Shown: one piece after another, positions 55,677 to 64,000 of the stretch
Position numbering within the stretch: position 1 is the stretch's first letter
Layout of the letters: each line of letters begins with the position of its first letter
Assembly: GCA_964016885.1 (NCBI GenBank)
Contig: OZ024744.1
Location: forward strand, 88,412,001 to 88,476,000
DNA: 64,000 nt
Source: Eledone cirrhosa
Taxonomy: Eukaryota
Direction: 5' to 3'
Program-made: the position numbers and the translations under genes
Notes under the pieces: generated by a model
Told to the model about the DNA's origin: nothing
Seen by the model: the letters and a program-made list of their open reading frames with translations, nothing else
The model's database searches: none

Positions 55677-56132
55677 AAAGAAAGTGGGTGAGAGAGAGAG
55701 AGGAGGAGGAGAGGGGGGAGGGGGTGAAAGAAAGAGGGTGAGAGTGAGTGAGAGAGAGAGAGAGAGAGGGTGAGAGCGAGGTGGATGAGAGAGAGAAATG
55801 GTGAGTGAGTGAGTGTGAAAATGGGAGAGAGGAAAAAAGAGAGAAAGGGAGGGAGAGAAGGGTGGAGATGGAGAGAGCGAGTGAGTATGTGTGAGAGAGA
55901 GGGAGGTAGGGAGAGAGAAGGAGGTAGGGAGGTAGGGAGGCAGAGAAGCATTTAATGTATTAGTACAATTAAAAGCAATTTAATAATCGCCTACCTTCTC
56001 CCATTCCTTCTAATCCTGGTCAGCAGCAGCAAGGGCATCACCAGCAGCAGAAGTAGTAGCAGCGTTATCATCGACAACTCCATCAGCAGCAGCAACATCA
56101 TCATCATCATCATCATCAACATGATTATCAGT

Positions 56133-56218
<86 letters not shown>

Positions 56219-56320
56219 TATCATCATCATTATCAGTATCATTATCATCATCATCGTCATCATCATGATTATCATCATCATCATCATCACCATCATCGTC
56301 ATCATCATGATTATCATCAA

Positions 56321-56389
<69 letters not shown>

Positions 56390-56648
56390 TATTATCATCA
56401 TCATCGTCGTCGTCATCATCATCATCATCACCATCGTCGTCATCATCATCATCACTATCATCATAATCATCATCATCATCATCATCGTCACCATCATCAT
56501 CATCATCATCATCATCGCAGTCATCATCATCATCATCATCATCGTCGTCATCATCGTCGTCATCATCATCATCATCTTCTACTATCGTCGCCGGTATCAT
56601 CACCATCATCATCATGATCAACATCTAATATCTTCGTCGTTATCATCG

Positions 56649-56696
<48 letters not shown>

Positions 56697-56700
56697 ACAA
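53940..56700. repeat. microsatellite block: (TAC)n, (CA)n, (TTTA)n, (GA)n, (CAT)n
   Basis: Direct inspection. Confidence 0.95.
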
Positions 56701-56902
56701 CAACAGCAACAACAATTACAAGAACTACAAGTTACTCTGACTTTCTGGTCAAAGTAAACAGCTACAAAAGCAATTATCTAACTGTTAAGGTATTCACCCC
56801 ATCCCCCCCCCCCCACACCACCACCACCACCATACACACACACCGCGCTCAAATCCGATACACACATACCGTGCATACACGCACACACGCACACATATGT
56901 CA

Positions 56903-56935
<33 letters not shown>

Positions 56936-56936
<1 letters not shown>

Positions 56937-58038
56937 GTAAGTCCAAAGAATTATTAGATAAAATATATACAGTATTTCCTCTCCCAATCACTATAAATCA
57001 ACCACATAAAAAATCATTTAAAAGAGGCTGTAAGTTTAAAATGTACTTATGAAGAAATAATAGACAAATGATATAGCTTCTTATCCATGACGTACAGCAT
57101 ATGATATTTACCTAATATTTCTCCTAGCCTGTAGAAATTTACAGGACTTATAGTTAACTACACGGAATTAGGTACAAAATCGAAGTTAGAAGAAAAAAAG
57201 AACATAAACTTTACCAGATTCACAACCACCCGGCGGTTTCGTTCCGCTTTTTGGATATATTCGGTCTTGAATAAATCCGCGAGGCTCAGAACTCCTCGGG
57301 AGATACCCCAGGCTGGACTAAGATTTTTCTACCATGATCCCCGCCAGAAATGAATTCAAAATGGCCAAGAACCATCACGTGGCCAGTGGTCAAGGCAGAA
57401 AGTTTGTGATTGGTGCCTGTCCGAGAGTAGGCTGGTTGCTAGAAAGTGCAGCCGAATACTGCCTAAAGTTTTACTCAACCTTACGGGAGTTTATATTAAA
57501 TTTAAAGGGTATATATATATAAATTAGACAAAGTCATAGGTACATCTATATGTTTTTGGCAACCATTTACGGTGTGGCTCAATGAAGAATTAATTAAATA
57601 ATTAATAATCAGAGCAATATATAAAAATGTAAGTCCAAATAATCATTAGATAAAATATATACAGTATTTCCTCTCCCAATAAGTATAAATTAACCACACA
57701 AAAAAATCAATTAAACGAGGCTATAAGTTTAAATTGTACTTATGAAGAAATAATAGACAAATGATATAGCTTCTTATCCGCGACGTACAGTCACATGATA
57801 TTTACCTAATATTCCTTCTAGCCTGTAGAAATTGACTAGATATATAGTTAACTCCACGGAAGTAATTAGGTACAAAATCGAAGTTAGAAGAAAAAATGTA
57901 CATAAACTTTACCAGATTCTTCATAATCTCTACCATCCAGCGGTTTCATTCCACCTTTTGGACATATCCGCTCCTGGATAAATCCACGAGGCTCGGAACT
58001 CATCAGGAGATACCTCAGACTGGACTAAGATTTTTCTA
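56936..58038 (-). mobile_element. two ~400-bp direct repeats (~700-bp period), each with an HHR
   Basis: 56936-57331 versus 57628-58038. The HHR is intact in the second repeat and decayed (57222-57305) in the first. Confidence 0.85.
57926..58011 (-). ncRNA. type I hammerhead ribozyme motif
   Basis: Minus strand: ATCTC-CTGATGA-GTTCC..GGAAT-GAAA-CCG(ctgga)TGG-TA-GAGAT. Confidence 0.85.
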
Positions 58039-58604
58039 AAAGTAGAAACAATTATTAAAATTCGTACCCAGCTGGCCAGATTGCACACTTTCATTAATCA
58101 GTGAGAAAGACGACTTCGTGTGGGTAAGAATGTTGAGATACTCGGGCTGCTGCAACAGTTTCTGCAGTTCCGGTTTGTTGGCAGTATTTCGAAACGAGCT
58201 GTCATGTGAAGAATATTAGGTAATGACAGTACGTATTACGTAATTTGGCGTAGAACCGGTTCGTCAGCGGGATTTCATCTCCCTGTGATGGAAATACCGA
58301 AATGGCGCGCCGCCAAATTCATTTGCTGTTAGCAAGTGACCGTAGTAGTTTACACCCTCTAGTGACGCCTGACGTCACATTAAAGAAAGCTTAGCCAGGG
58401 TTGACCATTTCCAGGTTCAGACGTTGGCAATAAATCCAATTGGAGAAAAATACTCGGGTGCTTTCAAATAGAAAACAAATAGAGTACAGCAAACAATGAA
58501 AAATAAATCGAACTTTGAAACAGTGACCCTAACCCCAGTTTTGAGCAACAACCAAACATTGCTTTATAACATTTACGCGGATGCTTCACCGGCTAGAAAT
58601 AAGC

Positions 58605-59162
58605 TGATGATGATTGTGATGATAGCTGTAGTGTTGTTGGTGTTGGTGTTGGTGGTGTTGTTGTTGTTGTGGTGTTAGTAGTAGTGATGCTAGCAATGGT
58701 GGTGGTGGTGGTGGTGGTGGTGTTGCTGGTGGTGGTGGTGTTGCTGGTGTTGGTGGTAATGGTAGTGGTAGTGGTGGTGGTGGTGGTAGTGATGGTGTAA
58801 GTGGTAGTGGTAGTGGTGGTAGTGGTGGTAGTGGTGGTAGTGGTAGTGGTGGTAGTGGTGGTAGTGGTGGTAGTGGTGGTAGTGGTGGTAGTGGTGGTAA
58901 TGGTGGCGGCTGTGCTGGTGGTGGTAGTGGTCGTAGTGGTGGTGGTGCTGGTAGTGGTGATGGTGGTGGCGGTGGTGGTAGTGGTGGTAATGGTGGTAGT
59001 GGTGGTGATGGTGTTAGTGATGGTAGTGGTGGCGGCGGTGGTAGTGCTGGTGGTAGTAGTGGTGGCAGTGTTGATGGTGGTAGTAGTAGTAGTGGTGGAA
59101 TTTGTGGTTGTGGTGCCAGTAGTGGTGCCAATCGTGGTATTGACAATGGTTGTAGCGATGGT
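58605..59162. repeat. degenerate (GGT/AGT)n tract
   Basis: Direct inspection. Confidence 0.95.
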
Positions 59163-59334
59163 AAATTAAGAAAGAGAGACAACCTTAATCTTTGTTAACG
59201 ATATATCTTTAAGGACAGGCTTTGAATCAGATGTATAATAACTGACAGACTGTAATTATTTATTCTATGCGCTCATAAATCATACACATGTACGCACCCA
59301 CACACACGCACACAACACACACTAACACATGGAG

Positions 59335-59388
<54 letters not shown>

Positions 59389-59469
59389 TAAGATGAGCAG
59401 AACAAACAAATATTAAACAATTACTTTAAAAAAATTAAAAAATGATTTAAATATTTACCTGTTCATAAT

Positions 59470-59548
59470 GCTATTACCGACGGTTTCGCTTTACAAAAGA
59501 TTAGAAATTCAGAGAATTTCTAACGGAAAATAAAGTTCATCAGATAGC
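59470..59548 (-). ncRNA. type I hammerhead ribozyme motif
   Basis: Minus strand: GCTAT-CTGATGA-aCTTTA..TTAGAAATTC(tct)GAATTTCTAA..TAAAGc-GAAA-CCGTCGG-TA-ATAGC. Lies in a ~790-bp island (59385-60174) between (TA)n tracts. Confidence 0.82.
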
Positions 59549-60169
59549 TATTTCCACTCTATAGGATCAAGTCCCACAGCCTGCAAATATATTGCCAACT
59601 ACCAGCTCGTATGAGTTATGGCTGTTAAAGTGACCCACACGTGAACTGGCCGCTAATAAAAGCGGGAATATTAAAGACTCGCTGCTGGTTTTGGTAAGCA
59701 GTAAGCAACAACGTAAATGAACTCCAACCAAAATTAAATAGAAAACATGAATGGAATAGCAACATCACAACTTACAATTAAGAACAAAATGAAAACACAC
59801 ACACACATAGAACAAACAACTAACTAGTAACATGTAAATAAACACATAAATAAAGAAATAAAAACACACACAGACACCCTGATGTAACACATGCGCAAAC
59901 TAAGCACACAACACACACAAAAAAAGATGGCGTAGGACAGAACAAAGGAGAGGCACAAAACTAAGAAAAGGATCCCCAGTCACTGAACAGGTCACAGAAT
60001 GTGCGACGAAAGAACTTTGACAATATATGAACAACTGTCCGGTTATGGAACCAACCAACCAACCGGAAATTTATAAATTCTTAAATTTATAAATTTAATT
60101 TATAATAAATTGAAGTGAAAGCATCTGGTGCGTGTGTTTCTTATTGGCAACCTGACCCTCCCAAAGCAT

Positions 60170-60267
<98 letters not shown>

Positions 60268-61310
60268 CTAGGGCGGGTAAAATTCCCGAGATCCATGGAC
60301 GAGTTCGCTCCAGCGGTCTCTGTCCCTCATTATCGCTGCCATATTCTCCGTCACCAACAGACCAGTGTCTGTCCTTAGGGCTTCAACATATGTTGACCTT
60401 GGTCTTCCTCTACCAGTGTGTCCATGTAGGGGCTCCCACAGGACCACTGATTGCAATGTCAACTCTGGATGTCGATGAGCATGTCCAGCTAACCTCAGTC
60501 TCCTCTGTGTCACTTTTGAGCTGACTTTTGGGAGGCTGCCATACAGCTCTGAGTTTTTCATCCTCAGTGTATACTGATTAATGTTCAGAGCCATCCTTAG
60601 CATTCTCGTGTAGCACCCATCCACCATCTGAGTGAGTTTCTTGGTCAGTGTCCAAGTCTCAGACCCGTACAGCAGCACAGACTCCACTACAGCAATGAAG
60701 AGGCGGATTTTCAGGTCTTTACGAAGGTACAACTTCCACACCTATCTCAAGCTGTGGCACGCCGCCCAGGCCTTGCTCTTCCTCTCAACCACATCATCTT
60801 CCGTATTCCCAATATTTGTTCCCAAATACAGGAAGTCTTCCTCCAATTCTAGCGGCTTCCCGCCTACATTAGTGATCTCCTCTGGCTTCTCAACATTCTC
60901 TACCAGATATTTTGTTTTAGTCTCATTCATTCTCAGCCCCACACTCATCGACACAGTCTCAACCACCTGCATCAAATCCTCTGCCTCATTCACTGTATTT
61001 GTCACCAACATTATGTCGTCGGCAAATTCGGCATCCGATATCTTTTTCACCTTAACTCTCCTGCTCTGAGACGGTGCTACAGTAAAGCCAGAGTCCTGGT
61101 TTTTCTCCAGTGCAAGGCGCATACAATAGTCCACTACGATGATAAACAGGTAGCGAGCCAATGCATCTCCCTGGAGCACTCCAGCCAGTATCTCAAATAA
61201 CTCTGTCATCCCATCAGGTGTAATGACTTGGGCTTTGGTGTTGGTGTAGAGCAGTGATATCAGGTCCACTATCTTCTTGGGGATTCCATAAGCCTGTAAA
61301 ATCTTCATCA
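60268..61310 (-). pseudogene. 5'-truncated RTE-clade LINE (RT C-terminal half, one in-frame stop)
   Basis: GVLQGD, EFADDI, FLYLG, LLYGSETWTLT, RLAGH and GRPRSTY. The stop codon runs directly into (TA)n. Confidence 0.92.
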
Positions 61311-61327
61311 GGCAGTGCCGGTCAACA

Positions 61328-61409
<82 letters not shown>

Positions 61410-61494
61410 ATGTATGTATGTATATGTATGTATATATGTAAAAGAAACCGAAGAACGCTTACATACTCAAACCGTTTTTACACATTTCTGTATA

Positions 61495-61812
61495 TCTAAA
61501 ACAGAGAATGTGTGCTGTCTGTCTGACTCCCTAAAACTCGAGAACCACCCAACCGATTGTTTTCAAACTTTACACATGTAATACTTATGGTCCTGTGAGT
61601 GTTTTGAGCAAAACATATTTCAAATTTCCAATGTCCTAGGGACCGCATTAGGCGATTTGGCGATCTCTCTCTATAATTCTTTCTTTCTTTCTAGATACAT
61701 AGATATAACGTCGCGCCCTTATAATATCTGTCTATATATCTGGCTGACTGAAATCTGACATTATGACGTCGCTCTATGTGTGTGTGTGTTTGTATATGTA
61801 TATATATATATA

Positions 61813-61845
<33 letters not shown>

Positions 61846-61958
61846 GTATGTAACGTTTTTCGAAATATTTACTTCTGCGTTCACAGATTGACTTTTTTTA
61901 GTTTCAGAATATCCCGTTAAGTGTGAAAGCAGCGATTCTTTACTTAAACTTTAATCTG

Positions 61959-61997
<39 letters not shown>

Positions 61998-62143
61998 TAT
62001 ATTCGTGTACAGATATTTTTGGATACACAATAACAAAATATAAACAAACGTATTTATTTCACGAGGTTCGAAAAGCATAAATATATATCAAATATATAAG
62101 AACCCTAGAGCAAATCCCGAGCAACGCCGGGCCATTCTGCTAG
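61495..62143 (+). mobile_element. non-autonomous Helitron-like element with nested insertions
   Basis: 5' A|TC start, TGTCTGTCT and ACCGATT..TTCAAACTT motifs, 3' hairpin CCCG-AGCAACGC-CGGG then CTAG. Related fragment at ~6070-6270. Confidence 0.55.
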
Positions 62144-62144
62144 A

Positions 62145-62244
<100 letters not shown>

Positions 62245-62324
62245 CATCATATATATATATATATATATAGTGGTGGAACACTGGAAAGTAATATCCGTAG
62301 TGGTAGCGCACTCAGTCCATGGGA

Positions 62325-62361
62325 CGAGTGAGGATCCGCTAAGGTGAAACAATTGTTCTCG
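62325..62361 (+). ncRNA. degenerate minimal hammerhead motif (core C missing)
   Basis: CGAG-TGAGGA-tCC..GGt-GAAA-CAATTG-TT-CTCG. Confidence 0.5.
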
Positions 62362-62843
62362 GTATGGTGAACTAACTGTTGCGTAACCACTTATATATAC
62401 ACTTTTGAAGCTATTTTACCATTTTGACGCTATAGTCACTTATATATTATGGAATACTGTTGGTTTCTTGCTACAATGATTTCTATACTTTTCATTTATA
62501 TATATATAATACATATGTATACTAGATATATATGTGCACGTGTGTGTCGTATAAAGATTGTGATGAAACTGTTAAATGTATATGTGATACATACATACGC
62601 AAATACATACATGTATGCATACATACGTACATACATACGTACATTCATACATACATACATACATTCATACATGCATGCATACGTACGTACATACATAGAC
62701 GCATAGATACATACATACATACATACATACATACATACATACATACATACATACATACATACATACATACATACATACGTACGTACGTACGTACGTACAT
62801 ACATACATACATACATACATACATACATACATACATACATACA

Positions 62844-62873
<30 letters not shown>

Positions 62874-62874
<1 letters not shown>

Positions 62875-63238
62875 GGAGATCAGCTGCCCACTTGATGTAA
62901 ATGTTGTCAGAAAAATACAAAAGGAGGACATCTACGGACCATTGATGAGGAGTTTACAAACCCAGTATCCAAGATACACCTTTAGCTTCATACCCATCAT
63001 TATTGGAGCTACAGGTTATATACCAGCCCGCTTGGACCAAAGTATGACTGAACTTGGATTTGCGGACAAAAAGCGCAGCTCCCTAATTCATAGTCTACAA
63101 ATGGCTGCGATAGCTGGCACCTTCAAAATTTACAAAACATTCTTGCGATTCCAGGGATGACAATTTCTTTTCTTTTACAACCTTGCCACCAGGAAGGTGG
63201 CCGGTCAAAAAAAATATACTCGAAATTAAGAGAAAGAG
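62874..63238 (+). pseudogene. 3' end of an RLE-type non-LTR retrotransposon inside (TACA)n
   Basis: EISCPLDVN..K.EDIYGPL..FIPIIIGATG..GTFKIYKTF, resembling the C-terminal part of a restriction-like endonuclease domain. Confidence 0.72.
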
Positions 63239-63530
63239 ATATATACATACATACATACATAGGTACGTACTTACATACGTACATACATTCATATATAAAT
63301 GATGGCTGCATCTCAATTTCTAGAATTGCCATCACTTGATCATTTTCTAACACATTGATGACATTATCTCTCGTGAGAACTTTTACATAAGCTGCAGCGA
63401 AAGGACAGAAAAAATACATTTTCGCCTACGGCCAGCCATGCACATGCATCACACGTAAAATCCATTTCGATCAAGTGATGCCTGTGCCTGAAGATTTTTT
63501 TTCTAAGTTAAGAAAGGCCTTGCTCTAGAC

Positions 63531-63816
63531 CAGTGATTGGCAACTTGTGGCCCGCGAAGGTTTCTGAATGGCTCGCCTAAGTCACCTAAGTGAAATCTTT
63601 CTGATTTTTTTTTACCTCAAATTTTCAGTCGTAATTTATCTTTACATCATTTTTACGATTGAGGAAAGTAACGTATACGAATTCTGAAGAAACAAATCAG
63701 AGCAACCTGAGTTACCGCAATTCTTTTTTTTTCTAATGTGGACACGAATGTAAATTAGCCTGATGATGAGAAATATCTCATGCGGCCCACTTCCCGAAAA
63801 AGTTTGCCGATGTCTG
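63531..63816. mobile_element. hAT (Charlie-type) MITE
   Basis: CAGTGATTGGCAAC..GTTTGCCGATGTCTG, GGCCCGCG motif, perfect TSD CTCTAGAC. Confidence 0.85.
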
Positions 63817-63928
63817 CTCTAGACTAATCTTAGTCTCTGAACAACTGTGACTGATATCCAAAAAGGAAAGCAGGTCAATATCATTGGCTGTCACCATACA
63901 TACATACATACATACATACATACATACA

Positions 63929-63964
<36 letters not shown>

Positions 63965-64000
63965 TACTTATGTATCACATACATACAACACGCACACATT

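Noticed and set aside
58130-58210. Long hairpin followed by CGAAACGAGCTGTC
   Set aside because: No recognisable CUGANGA or stem I.
61300-61316. Minus-strand CTGATGA at the 5' truncation of the RTE
   Set aside because: Explained by the codons L-M-K of the RT ORF, with no HHR fold.

Overview
AT-rich, repeat-saturated animal genomic DNA with no recognisable host gene exon. The SINE content and microsatellite load suggest a cephalopod (octopus-like) intergenic or intronic region, which is inference. Most ORF-track entries are microsatellite artefacts. Recognisable content: a near full-length decayed Dong/R4 non-LTR element between (TAA)n tracts; RTE, Tx1/L1-like and RLE-type LINE fragments; more than 20 tRNA-derived SINE copies; hAT, piggyBac, Tigger, mariner and Helitron-type non-autonomous elements; and a 200-N gap. 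The main signal is about 30 type I hammerhead ribozyme (HHR) motifs folded by eye (CUGANGA...GAAA...UH with complementary stems I-III), from more than 15 apparently unrelated sequence families. Nearly all sit in short non-coding elements inserted in (TA)n tracts, often as fold-back inverted repeats or as 420-700 nt units with direct repeats. This fits non-autonomous Penelope-like (pLTR) or retrozyme-type elements. No ribozyme activity was tested and no database search was run.
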